The position numbers and the translations under genes were made by a program. Below are positions 1-12,524 of a stretch of DNA of 42,123 nt, in pieces. Position 1 is the stretch's first letter. Every line of letters starts with the position of its first letter. The notes below the pieces were generated by a model. It saw nothing but the letters and a program-made list of their open reading frames with translations. It did no database searches and was not told the origin of the DNA. Source of the DNA: an uncultured Alphaproteobacteria bacterium (GTDB taxonomy: Bacteria; Pseudomonadota; Alphaproteobacteria; Methylaequorales; Methylaequoraceae); the NCBI GenBank assembly GCA_964473045.1, contig CAYYMX010000003.1:1-42123 (forward strand), read 5' to 3'.

Positions 1-1
1 T

Positions 2-424
<423 letters not shown>

Positions 425-426
425 AT

Positions 427-789
427 ATGTCATTTGTTCTGGAAGTAATTTCCCCTCAAAAAATTGAGTTTAGCAATGAGATTGATTTATGTATTATTCC
501 TGGCATTGAGGGAGATTTTGGTGTTCTAAAAAAACATATGCCTTTTCTAACTTCATTAAGAATAGGAATTTTATACATTTATTTAAAAAACAAACTCGAA
601 AGTACTTTTTTGCTAAGTGGTGGAATTGCTGAAATCTCAAATAATAAGTGTACAATACTTACAGAAGATTTTGCAGATACAAAAAAAGTAGACTTATACG
701 CATTGAAAAAATTAGTTGAAACAGACGAAAACAAAAAAAATCTAGTGAATCAGAAAATCAAGTCATTACAAAAGTTTTACTATTCTTAA
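427..789 (+). CDS. atpC: F0F1 ATP synthase subunit epsilon
   Basis: Directly follows atpD. N-terminal beta-sandwich motif IPGIEGDFGVLKKHMPFLTSL...LSGGIAEI. Confidence 0.95.
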   Translation: MSFVLEVISPQKIEFSNEIDLCIIPGIEGDFGVLKKHMPFLTSLRIGILYIYLKNKLESTFLLSGGIAEISNNKCTILTEDFADTKKVDLYALKKLVETDENKKNLVNQKIKSLQKFYYS

Positions 790-1247
790 TTATATAAAAA
801 ACTAAACTCTTCTAAAATTTTTTTGTAAAGTTTTTTTTTAAAAGGCACAACCAAATTTATAGAGTCACTTGGATTTATCCACTTCCATCTACCAAACTCA
901 GGTGTATATGAATCTAATCTTATTTCTTGATCATCTCCAAAAAATCTACATGCAAACCATTTTTGTTTTTGCCCAACATATTTACCATTCCAAACCACTC
1001 CAACCAACTCCTTTGGTAGATCATATTTTAACCAACATCCAGTTTCTTTTATAATTTCAAAATTCTTTTTTATTCCAGATTCTTCCATGAGTTCTCTTCT
1101 CATAGCCTGAATGGGTGTTTCATCGTAATCTATTCCTCCTTGTGGCATCTGCCAAAATTTATTTTTTTTATCAATTCTTTGTCCAACCCAAAGTTTTTTT
1201 TCTTTGTTAAGTAAAAAAATCCCAACACCTTTTCTATATTTCTTCAT
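786..1247 (-). CDS. rppH: RNA pyrophosphohydrolase (Nudix)
   Basis: YRKGVGIFL, WQMPQGGID, Nudix box ETPIQAMRRELMEESG, WLKYDLP, GQKQKWF, PEF..WKW, VPFKKKLY. Confidence 0.96.
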   Translation of the reverse strand: MKKYRKGVGIFLLNKEKKLWVGQRIDKKNKFWQMPQGGIDYDETPIQAMRRELMEESGIKKNFEIIKETGCWLKYDLPKELVGVVWNGKYVGQKQKWFACRFFGDDQEIRLDSYTPEFGRWKWINPSDSINLVVPFKKKLYKKILEEFSFLYN

Positions 1248-1260
1248 AAAAAAGTTTCAT

Positions 1261-2517
1261 TTACTGAATTGAATCATCTTGAACTAAATTTATTGCAGCT
1301 AATAGGTCATAGGCGCGAGACAATTGATAATCTTCTACTTCTTCTGACTCATTATTTTTTTTGGTGTTCTTTTTCTTTTTATCATCTTGCTCATTTTCCA
1401 TAGCTCCCTTAAGATCAGATTCTTTTCTTCCTTTTTTACCATCATCGACTTTTTTTAAAGTAGCTTGCTCAACTAATATATCTGGGTCAATACCAGTCTT
1501 TTGAATTGACCTTCCAAGTGGAGTATAATATCTTGCTGTGGTCAATTTAATAGCCACATCATCACCTGAAGGTATAATTGTTTGAACAGATCCTTTGCCA
1601 AATGATTTTGTTCCCATTATGATTGCTCGTTTATGATCTTGAAGAGCTCCTGCAACAATTTCAGATGCAGATGCACTTCCTTGATTTATTAAAACTATCA
1701 AAGGCAAACCACCCGTTAGATCTTTCTTAACAGCATTAAACCTTCCACTTTCTTTAGAACCTCTTCCTCTAGTAGAAACTATCTCTCCTTTTTCCAAAAA
1801 AATATCTGTGACACTTACGGCCTGGTCAAGTAAACCACCAGGATTGTTTCTTAAATCTAAAACATATCCAATTAGTTTATTTTCTTTTTTAAATTTTTTT
1901 ATTACATCTACAATTTGAGAATCAACTTTTTGGTTAAAAGAAGATACTCTAATGTAACCAATATTATTCTCAATTCTTGCCTTAACTGCTTTTAATTGGA
2001 TAATTGCTCTAGTTATCTCAATTTGAAGTGTTTCACTCTCATTTCTATTAACAGTCAACTTTATTCTAGAACCAACCTTACCTCTCATAATTGTTACTGC
2101 TTCTGAAAGAGTCATTCCTAAAACTGGTTCATCATCTAAATGAGTTATAAGATCTCCTGATTTAATTCCTGCCTTTGATGCAGGAGTATCATCAATTGGA
2201 GCGATTACTTTAACGAAACCATTTTCCAGTGTAACTTCAATTCCTAGTCCACCAAATTCTCCTTTGGTTTGAACCTTTAACTCATTTAACTCATTGCTAT
2301 TAAGATACGTAGAATGAGGATCTAAGGAACTAAGCATGCCTTCTATAGCAGATTCAATCAAATCTTTGACTGGAACTTCTTCCACATAATTATTTTTTAT
2401 CTTTTCAAAAGCTTCTCCAAAGAGATTTAAAAATTTATAAACATCTTTATTTTCTTCGGTGTTACCAGAAAACGGAAAAACAAAAATAAATACGAGAGTT
2501 AAAATCCTTTTTAACAT
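1261..2517 (-). CDS. ctpA: Carboxyl-terminal processing protease, S41 family (PDZ plus peptidase)
   Basis: Signal peptide, LDPHS, GEFGGLGIEV (PDZ), LDLRNNPGGLL, GSASASEIVAGALQD, SFGKGSVQ, LTTARYYTP. Confidence 0.96.
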   Translation of the reverse strand: MLKRILTLVFIFVFPFSGNTEENKDVYKFLNLFGEAFEKIKNNYVEEVPVKDLIESAIEGMLSSLDPHSTYLNSNELNELKVQTKGEFGGLGIEVTLENGFVKVIAPIDDTPASKAGIKSGDLITHLDDEPVLGMTLSEAVTIMRGKVGSRIKLTVNRNESETLQIEITRAIIQLKAVKARIENNIGYIRVSSFNQKVDSQIVDVIKKFKKENKLIGYVLDLRNNPGGLLDQAVSVTDIFLEKGEIVSTRGRGSKESGRFNAVKKDLTGGLPLIVLINQGSASASEIVAGALQDHKRAIIMGTKSFGKGSVQTIIPSGDDVAIKLTTARYYTPLGRSIQKTGIDPDILVEQATLKKVDDGKKGRKESDLKGAMENEQDDKKKKNTKKNNESEEVEDYQLSRAYDLLAAINLVQDDSIQ

Positions 2518-2537
2518 GACCTAATTATGCAGTTTTT

Positions 2538-3551
2538 TTACAAAATCTCAACTTTTGATTTTGGATCAATAACTTTTCCCTTATAGCGTAGTTCAAAATA
2601 GATTTTATTATCAAACTCGCTTGAAACTCGAGCTATTGGCTCCCCCTTCAGTACTTTATTTCCTGATGAAATTAATATGTTTTGCATACCTGATAAAACA
2701 CTAAGAAAATTATTGTCATTTTTTATAATTACCAAGTTTCCATAAGTTTTAAACTGTTCTGCATAAACAACCAAACCATCCGTTGGCGATGTTACAAAAG
2801 AATCATTAGATGCCTTGATTACTAATCCATACTTTACGTCTACTTGTTTGCCTTCACCAAAATCTGAAATGATCTTACCCTGAACTGGCATCTGAAAATT
2901 AGTTTTACTAGACCTAATTATTTTTTTTTTTGTTCCCACTCCTTTTACTAAATCATTAAGATTTTTTGCTTTCTTCTTAAGAATCTTTTCTTTGATTTTG
3001 AAACTTGGATTAGTTTTAATTTTTTTTTGAAGCGTAAGAACCTGAGCAAGCTTATTTTCTAAGTCTTTTTGCTTAGTTTTTAACTTTATTTTTTTTTCTT
3101 CAAAAGATTTAAGCTTTTCTTCTAATTCTAATTCAAGTTCTTCAACACTTTTAAGTCCAACAAAAAAATTATTTATATTCTTTTTTGTTTTTTGGAAATA
3201 AAATTCTCTTACTAATCTCTTAGTAACAAAATCATCTGATTCATTGTTTAGGTTTTTTGCAAAATGACTGAACCTAGTAACATAATGCTTCTCTTGCAAG
3301 AGAAAAACTAATCTTTTTGCTAATTCTTCTTTATCCTTTATGTATTTCTTAAAAATTATCTGCTCCTGCTTATTTTTTTCAATGTCCAATTTTATATTTT
3401 CTAAATCTTTGTTATTTTCTAAAATCTGATTGTGCATAGAAACAGTTTGTTTTTTTAAACTATTCAACTTTGCTCTAAAAAGATTGTCTTTTTCGTAAGA
3501 AAAAGACTCACCACACACAAAAAAAAAAAATAATGCTAAAATATTTTTCAT
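2538..3551 (-). CDS. envC: Murein hydrolase activator, EnvC-like (coiled coil plus degenerate M23/LytM domain)
   Basis: Signal peptide and long coiled coil, then MPVQGKIISDFG...VTSPTDGLVVYA...YGNLVII...IYFELRYKGKVIDP without the Zn-binding His residues. Sits between gpmI and ctpA. Confidence 0.85.
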   Translation of the reverse strand: MKNILALFFFFVCGESFSYEKDNLFRAKLNSLKKQTVSMHNQILENNKDLENIKLDIEKNKQEQIIFKKYIKDKEELAKRLVFLLQEKHYVTRFSHFAKNLNNESDDFVTKRLVREFYFQKTKKNINNFFVGLKSVEELELELEEKLKSFEEKKIKLKTKQKDLENKLAQVLTLQKKIKTNPSFKIKEKILKKKAKNLNDLVKGVGTKKKIIRSSKTNFQMPVQGKIISDFGEGKQVDVKYGLVIKASNDSFVTSPTDGLVVYAEQFKTYGNLVIIKNDNNFLSVLSGMQNILISSGNKVLKGEPIARVSSEFDNKIYFELRYKGKVIDPKSKVEIL

Positions 3552-5056
3552 TCAATTAGAGATTTACTTTTCATTTCTTTTGGTTTTTTAATTTTCATTA
3601 ACTTTAAAATTGTTGGCGCAATATTAGCTAAACACCCGGTTTTTAAAACAACTATCTTTTTATTGCAAATTATAAATGGAACTGGGTTAGTGGTGTGTGT
3701 TGTGCAAGGCAATGATTTTTTCTCATCAAACATTTTGTCTGCGTTTCCATGGTCAGATGTTACAATCAGTGTGTAATTATTTCTTTTACATTCTTCAACA
3801 ATTCTTCCAAGACAAATATCAACTGTTTCTACGGCTTTCACAGTAGCATTTATATCGCCTGTATGACCAACCATGTCCGCATTGGCAAAATTAGCAACTA
3901 CAAAATCATATTTTTTTAGTCTAAGCCTTTTTAAAAGTTCCTCCGTCATTTCATTGGCAGACATTTCTGGTTTTTTGTCATATGTATCTACCCTTGGAGA
4001 TGATATTAAAATTCTATCTTCTCCTGGAAATTTCTCTTCCAGACCTCCATTAAAAAAATATGTTACATGGGCATACTTTTCAGTCTCAGCTATTCTTAAT
4101 TGTTTAAGTTTTTGATTTGAAATTACTTCTCCAATCGTATTTTTAACTTTCAAAGATTCAAATATTGGGGTTAATGATTTTCTAAGTCTTTTCGAATATT
4201 CAACCATACTTATAGCTTTAAAAAAATTTGCTATTCTTTTTCTTTTAAAAAAAAGAAATTTTTGTTCAAATATTGAAGCAAGAAGTTCTCTTACACGGTC
4301 AGCCCTAAAATTTGTTATAAAAAAACCATCACCATCTAAAACACCAGAATAGTTTTCAAAGTTGATAGGTTTAAAAAATTCATCTGTAATCTGATTATCA
4401 TAGCTTTTTTTTATTTCAGCTATGGGATCAAGTCTTGCTTTTAGAGACCCCTCTACAATTGCTTTATAAGCCAGATGAATTCTATTCCATCTATTATCTC
4501 TATCCATTGCATAATATCTTCCACAAATACTTGCAATCTTAATATTTTTGGATTCTTTAATTTTTTGTAAAAGCAATTGCATATTCTTTAAACCACTTAT
4601 AGGCAAACTATCTCTACCATCCAAAATACAGTGCACCAAAATCTCAACATTCTTTTTTCTAAAAATTTTCAATAATTTAAATAAATGATCTTGATGACCA
4701 TGAACTCCTCCATCAGATAAGATGCCCACAAGATGGATTCTAGAACAATTTTCAACAATGGACTTTATCAAATTATTTTCTTCTATTTCCCCACTTTTAA
4801 AACCTTCAGAAATTCTAAGAATATCTTGCAACAGAATTCTACCAGCTCCTATATTCATATGGCCTACTTCAGAGTTCCCAAACTGGCCTGATGGCAAACC
4901 TACTTGATTTTCTGAAGCAAATAATCTTGAGAACCCAAATTTCTTTTCTAATTTTAGAAAATTTTCTTTCTTCGACTTGTGAATTGCATTAAATTGGTTT
5001 TTTTTTCCAACTCCCCAACCATCCAAAATACAAAGTAAAACTTTTCTGTTTTTCAT
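3548..5056 (-). CDS. gpmI: 2,3-bisphosphoglycerate-independent phosphoglycerate mutase
   Basis: LCILDGWG, GQFGNSEVGH, SDGGVHGH, LDGRD, GRYYAMDRD, NFRADR, AETEKYAHVTYFFNGG, NADMVGHTG, TSDHGN. Confidence 0.98.
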   Translation of the reverse strand: MKNRKVLLCILDGWGVGKKNQFNAIHKSKKENFLKLEKKFGFSRLFASENQVGLPSGQFGNSEVGHMNIGAGRILLQDILRISEGFKSGEIEENNLIKSIVENCSRIHLVGILSDGGVHGHQDHLFKLLKIFRKKNVEILVHCILDGRDSLPISGLKNMQLLLQKIKESKNIKIASICGRYYAMDRDNRWNRIHLAYKAIVEGSLKARLDPIAEIKKSYDNQITDEFFKPINFENYSGVLDGDGFFITNFRADRVRELLASIFEQKFLFFKRKRIANFFKAISMVEYSKRLRKSLTPIFESLKVKNTIGEVISNQKLKQLRIAETEKYAHVTYFFNGGLEEKFPGEDRILISSPRVDTYDKKPEMSANEMTEELLKRLRLKKYDFVVANFANADMVGHTGDINATVKAVETVDICLGRIVEECKRNNYTLIVTSDHGNADKMFDEKKSLPCTTHTTNPVPFIICNKKIVVLKTGCLANIAPTILKLMKIKKPKEMKSKSLIE

Positions 5057-5067
5057 AAATTTAATAA

Positions 5068-5519
5068 TTATTTGTGATAAGATGTTCCAGCGATAATTTC
5101 AAAAGCTCTGTAAATTTGTTCGATCAACATAACTCTTACCAAAAGGTGTGGCCAAGTTTGTTTTCCAAATGACAATGTATCATAAGAATTTACAAAATGC
5201 TTATCTAGACCTACATCACTCCCAACTAAGAAACAAAAACTTTTTACCCCTTCATTCATTTTTCTATTCATAATTTTTGCAAATTCAATACTCGTTAATC
5301 CTTCACCTCCTCTATCTAATGTAAATATATGATCATATTTATTTATATGTTTTAAAATTTCATTTTTTTCTAAAAGTTTTTTTTATTTTTTTCAAAATTA
5401 AAAGTTTTTAATTCAATTAATTTTATTTTTGTTTGTATTCTTCTTGCATAAAAATCAAAAATTTTTTCTAGTGGTTGGTTTTTTTTAAACTTACCAAGGC
5501 AAAGTATGTCAATCTTCAT
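5068..5519 (-). pseudogene. rlmH: 23S rRNA (pseudouridine1915-N3)-methyltransferase RlmH, interrupted by a 1-nt frameshift (real lesion or sequencing artefact)
   Basis: ATG at 5519 gives MKIDILCLGKFK...IKLIELK...NKKNF and stops at TAG 5372-5370. The -1 frame continues LLEKNEIL...TLDRGGEGLTSIEFA...LSFGKQTWPHLLVRVMLIEQIYRA...SYHK. The span is 452 nt, one base short of 150 aa plus stop. Canonical position after rsfS. Confidence 0.9.
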
Positions 5520-5521
5520 TA

Positions 5522-5875
5522 TTAACCAAACTTTTTCCGTTCATCATGAATACCTTCTTGCCATATTTTTTCCAAAGCATAATGTTTTCTTACCTCAGGT
5601 TTAAAAACATTAAGTATAATATCTCCGAAGTCGACAATAGACCAATCTGTTGATTTTAATCCTTCTGTTGCCATTATTTGCCTTTTATTATTTTTTATTA
5701 AATTAGTTACTATGGAATTGACGTGCCTGGTTGAACTTCCACTTGCAACAACAATAAAATCAGCTAGTGCACTTCGATTTTTAATATTAATCACTACAAT
5801 ATTTATTGCCTTGAAGTTCTCCAGTTCATTTACAATCTTTTTTAGTAACTTCTTAATTTTAGAATTTTGGTTCAT
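5522..5875 (-). CDS. rsfS: Ribosome silencing factor RsfS (Iojap)
   Basis: KAINIVVINI, ADFIVVASGSSTRHV, DWSIVDFGDIILNVFKPEVRKHYALEKIW. Confidence 0.96.
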   Translation of the reverse strand: MNQNSKIKKLLKKIVNELENFKAINIVVINIKNRSALADFIVVASGSSTRHVNSIVTNLIKNNKRQIMATEGLKSTDWSIVDFGDIILNVFKPEVRKHYALEKIWQEGIHDERKKFG

Positions 5876-6443
5876 TTTTTAATCTGAGATTTGTTGACGA
5901 TTCAGTGCTCGTTACACCTGTAACAAAAACCCAACTAGGTGGTTTCATATATTTAAATCTTTTCACTGATAAACTTTTAATCCTTCTATTCCTAAAAAAA
6001 CTTAAAGCCTTGCTTTGAACTACATTTAGAGAGTAGGATGGACGGTCAAAAATTGCAATGGGAATATTACAAAATATTTTTTTCCAATCTTTCCAAGTGT
6101 GAAATTTCTTTAAGTTATCTATTCCAACCAACCAAATAAATTTTTTTTTAGGAAATTTTCTGTGTAAATAGTCTACCAGATCAACCGAGTAAATTGTTTT
6201 TTCTAAATCATCAATTTCAATAATTCTAATTTTGTTTCCTCTAACAATCTTTTTTGCCCTTTCTAACCTTTCTTCGTACGAACTAATGTTCTTTTTTAAT
6301 GGATTTTTTTTTGAAATAATCCACCAAATTTCCTCTAATCCAAGTTTAGTTAAAGCAAGATAACTAATAAGAATATGTCCAGAATGTGCAGGGTCAAAAG
6401 TTCCTCCAAGAATTCCTATAAATTTTTTTTTTGAAATAATCAA
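5859..6443 (-). CDS. nadD: Nicotinate-nucleotide adenylyltransferase
   Basis: IGILGGTFDPAHSGH (HxGH), NPLK, FIWLVGIDN..FHTWKDW, SSTNLR. TTG start, so the start is uncertain. Confidence 0.95.
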   Translation of the reverse strand: MIISKKKFIGILGGTFDPAHSGHILISYLALTKLGLEEIWWIISKKNPLKKNISSYEERLERAKKIVRGNKIRIIEIDDLEKTIYSVDLVDYLHRKFPKKKFIWLVGIDNLKKFHTWKDWKKIFCNIPIAIFDRPSYSLNVVQSKALSFFRNRRIKSLSVKRFKYMKPPSWVFVTGVTSTESSTNLRLKNEPKF

Positions 6444-6448
6444 ATCTT

Positions 6449-7703
6449 CTATGGTCTTATCTGTCCTGAACCTGTTACTTGGTATTTAAAGCTTGTTAAT
6501 TGTGCAACACCAACTGGACCTCTTGCATGAACCTTAGAAGTTGAAATGCCTATTTCAGCTCCCATACCAAATTCCCCTCCATCCGCAAATTGCGTGGAAG
6601 TATTATGCATAACAATACCACTATCAACATTTTCAAGAAAATATTTTACTGAATCACTATCTTCAGATAAAATCGCATCTGTATGCCCAGACCCAAATTT
6701 ATTTATATGTTCCACAGCTTCTGAAACACCATCTTTAATTGATTTTATTGAGACTATTTTATCTAAATATTCGGTAGACCAGTCTTTTTCCGAGGCTCCT
6801 TTAATATATTTATCAAGTTTCATTACTGCCTTGTCCCCTCTAATCTCACATTTATATTCTTTCAACGAATTAATTATCCTAGGTAAATGAGAATTTAATA
6901 TTGGCAAATCAAATAGAATGGTCTCTGTTGCACCACAGATTCCTGGTCTCCTCATTTTAGCATTTACACTAACATTCTCAGCTAGTTCTGGATTTGATGA
7001 TTTATGTATATAGGTATGACAAATACCATCTAAATGTTTGATAACATGGATTTTACTCTCATTGATTACTCTCTCAATCAAGGATCTTCCGCCTCTAGGA
7101 ATTATAACATCAACATAATCACTCATTTTAAGTAAATACCCAACAGCACTTCTATCTATAGTTGGAATACTTTGCAATGCACCTTCAGGTATCTTAAACT
7201 TTCTATAAGACTGGTTAATTAAATTTACTATCGTTGAAGAGGAATTAAAGCTTTCACTGCCTCCTCTTAAAATAAGGGCATTACCTGATTTTAAACTTAA
7301 TCCAGCAGCATCAGCAGCTACATTTGGTCTTGATTCATATATAACTGCCAAAACTCCTAAAGGTATTGAAACTTTTTGAATTTTCAAACCATTAGGTCTT
7401 GACCAGCTATCAAGAACTTTTCCAACTGGATCATCTAATTTTGAAATCTCTACAAGACCAGTACTCATTGATTCTATTCTTTTTTCATCTAAAATTAGTC
7501 TATCAAGAGTTGATGGGGTAAGTTTTTTTTTATTTTCATCTACATCTTTCTCATTCTCTTCAATTATCAAATTTTTATTTTTATATAAATTTTCTGCTGC
7601 ATCGTGAAGTATTTTGTTTTTCAATTTAGGATCTATCGAAGAAACCTTGTAAGATGCTTTTTTAGCATTCACTCCTATTCTAATTATGTCTTCTTCAATT
7701 ATT

Positions 7704-7717
<14 letters not shown>
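6449..7717 (-). CDS. proA: Gamma-glutamyl phosphate reductase
   Basis: VIYESRPNV, KSGNALILRGGSES, IIPRGG, GICGATET, GSGHTDAI, STQFADGGEFGMGAEIGIST..HARGPVG. Confidence 0.98.
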
Positions 7718-10088
<2,371 letters not shown>

Positions 10089-10099
<11 letters not shown>

Positions 10100-10487
10100 T
10101 TACATCCTCCACTTTTTTATTTTCTGAAATTTTCTTTTTCACTTCTGTATCAATTTTTGATTTTGAGTTAGATGCTAAATTTATTTCTTTAATTTTTATC
10201 AAAGTCAAGTCCTGCCTATGACCAATTTTTCTTCTGTAGTTTTTCCTTCTCTTTTTTTTAAAAATAACAATCTTTTTATCCCTAATTTGATCAACAACTT
10301 CACCTTGTACTGAAGCATTTACAACATAAGGAGAACCAACTATAAGTTCATTGTTACAATTTTTAACAGACAAAACTTTATTAAACTTTATCGTTTCACC
10401 TTTTTTCAGATTTTGTTTTGGAAGCTTTAAATAATTACCAACAACAACTTTATATTGCTTACCGCCACTCTCAAAAATCGCAAACAT
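10089..10487 (-). CDS. rplU: 50S ribosomal protein L21 (with a Lys-rich C-terminal extension of about 30 aa)
   Basis: [14 protein letters not shown]...[17 protein letters not shown]. Confidence 0.98.
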
Positions 10488-10622
10488 TTGTAAATCCTTT
10501 TTTGTGATTTATACAATCAACTCTTTAATTTTAAAAGCATTATTTATCAAATTTTTAAATTTAAGTAAAATGTATTGTGAACTGTCGCGTTTTTTGTTAT
10601 TTTTTCGACTGAAAAAAAAATT

Positions 10623-11798
10623 ATGACTGAAATTGTAATTGTTGCAGCAAAAAGAACACCTATTGGCAAATTTTTGGGAAGTCTCTCTGGATTTTCTTCG
10701 CCAGAACTAGGGAGTCTAGTGATTGATTCAACCATTAAGCAGTCTGGGATAGAAAAAAAAAAAATTGATGAAATTATTTTTGGTCAAGTTTTAACTGGTG
10801 GATCTGGCCAGAACCCAGCAAGACAAGCCTCAATTCTTTCAAAAATTCCAGTTGAAAAGAGTGCACTAACTGTTAATCAGGTTTGTGGTTCTGGACTTAG
10901 GGCTGTGAGTTTAGGAGCCCAATCAATTTTAACAGGACAATCTGAAATAGTGCTATCTGGCGGGCAAGAATCAATGAGCAATGCACATCATACTATAAAT
11001 GTTAGAAACGGTCTTAAGATGGGAGACGGACAACTTAAAGATAGTATGATAGTTGATGGTTTGTGGTGTGCTATGAATGATTATCATATGGGAATAACAG
11101 CTGAGAATGTTGCGGAAAAATTTAAAATTTCCAAAGATGAGCAGGATGAATTTGCTGCAAATTCTCAAAATAAAGCTGAAAGCGCCCAAAAGAATGGTTA
11201 TTTCAAAAATGAAATTACACCAGTGACAATTAAACTAAAAAAAGAAGAAATCTCGTTTGATGAGGATGAATTTCCTAGACACGGTTCAACAAAAGAGAAA
11301 ATAGGAAGTCTCAAACCAGTTTTTAAAAAAAATGGGACCGTGACTGCCGGGAACTCATCTGGTTTAAATGATGGCTCTGCTGCCGTAATCTTAATGAATC
11401 AGAAAAAAGCTAAAGAACTTAATATTGAACCTTTAGCTAGAATTGCTTCCTGGTCAACTGTGGGCGTAGATCCATCTATAATGGGAATAGGACCGATTAC
11501 GGCAGTTAAAGTGGCCCTAAAAAAGGCAAACTGGGATCTAGATGATGTTCAGCTTATTGAAGCGAATGAAGCCTTTGCCGCACAATCATTAGCAGTTACT
11601 AAAAAATTAAATTTAGACATGGCTAAGGTTAATGTTAATGGAGGAGCCATAGCTCTTGGTCACCCGATTGGAGCATCTGGCACAAGAGTTTTGATAACAC
11701 TTATATATGAAATGAAAAGACAAAATTTAAAAAAAGGTCTTGCAACTTTATGCATCGGAGGTGGACAAGGCATAGCAATGTGTGTGGAAAGGGATTAA
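10623..11798 (+). CDS. phaA: Acetyl-CoA C-acetyltransferase (beta-ketothiolase)
   Basis: GQNPARQ, NQVCGSGL (catalytic Cys), GTVTAGNSSGLNDG, NEAFAAQ, GHPIGASG, TLCIGGGQG. Paired with phaB. Confidence 0.95.
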   Translation: MTEIVIVAAKRTPIGKFLGSLSGFSSPELGSLVIDSTIKQSGIEKKKIDEIIFGQVLTGGSGQNPARQASILSKIPVEKSALTVNQVCGSGLRAVSLGAQSILTGQSEIVLSGGQESMSNAHHTINVRNGLKMGDGQLKDSMIVDGLWCAMNDYHMGITAENVAEKFKISKDEQDEFAANSQNKAESAQKNGYFKNEITPVTIKLKKEEISFDEDEFPRHGSTKEKIGSLKPVFKKNGTVTAGNSSGLNDGSAAVILMNQKKAKELNIEPLARIASWSTVGVDPSIMGIGPITAVKVALKKANWDLDDVQLIEANEAFAAQSLAVTKKLNLDMAKVNVNGGAIALGHPIGASGTRVLITLIYEMKRQNLKKGLATLCIGGGQGIAMCVERD

Positions 11799-11801
11799 AA
11801 A

Positions 11802-12524
11802 ATGAGTAAAATTTCTTTAGTAACTGGAGGAACAAGAGGAATTGGTGAATCAATTTCTAAAAAACTAAAGTCAGAAGGGAGTGTAGTAATTGCAAACTAT
11901 TCTAGCAACGATAAGGCTGCCAAAAAATTTTCTGATGAAACTGGTATAGAAGTTATGAAATGGGATGTAAGCGATCATGATTCTTCCCAAAAAAATATTA
12001 GCAAAATCTATGAAAAACATAAAACAATAGATATTTTAATTAATAATGCTGGAATCACAAGAGACGCCCCTTTGCACAAAATGACTTTAGATAATTGGAA
12101 AAAAGTTGTTGATGTTAATTTAAATTCAGTTTTTAATATTACATCTTTAGTAATTAATAAAATGAGAGAAAATGGTTTTGGAAGAATAATCCATATTTCT
12201 TCAGTTAATGGACAAAAAGGTCAGTTTGGCCAAACTAATTATTCTGCAACAAAATCTGCTTTATTAGGTTTTTCAAAATCTTTAGCACTTGAAAGTGCAG
12301 CAAAAGGAATTACATCGAATGTTATTTGTCCTGGATATATAAATACAGAAATGGTAGCGGCTATTAGAGAAGATATTCTAAAAACAATTGTTGATACAAT
12401 TCCATCAAAAAGACTAGGAGATTCAGATGAAATTGCTGAAATGGTTGCTTATCTAGTTTCCGAGAAGGCAAGCTACATTAATGGCTCTACAATTTCGATT
12501 AATGGGGGCTTGTGGATGGACTAA
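11802..12524 (+). CDS. phaB: Acetoacetyl-CoA reductase
   Basis: TGGTRGIG, NNAGITRD, ISSVNGQKGQFGQTNYSATK, PGYINTEMV. Downstream of the thiolase. Confidence 0.94.
   Translation: MSKISLVTGGTRGIGESISKKLKSEGSVVIANYSSNDKAAKKFSDETGIEVMKWDVSDHDSSQKNISKIYEKHKTIDILINNAGITRDAPLHKMTLDNWKKVVDVNLNSVFNITSLVINKMRENGFGRIIHISSVNGQKGQFGQTNYSATKSALLGFSKSLALESAAKGITSNVICPGYINTEMVAAIREDILKTIVDTIPSKRLGDSDEIAEMVAYLVSEKASYINGSTISINGGLWMD

Noticed and set aside
2538-2900. Missing Zn ligands in the M23 domain as a sign of pseudogenisation
   Set aside because: A degenerate LytM site is the normal state for EnvC-type activators.
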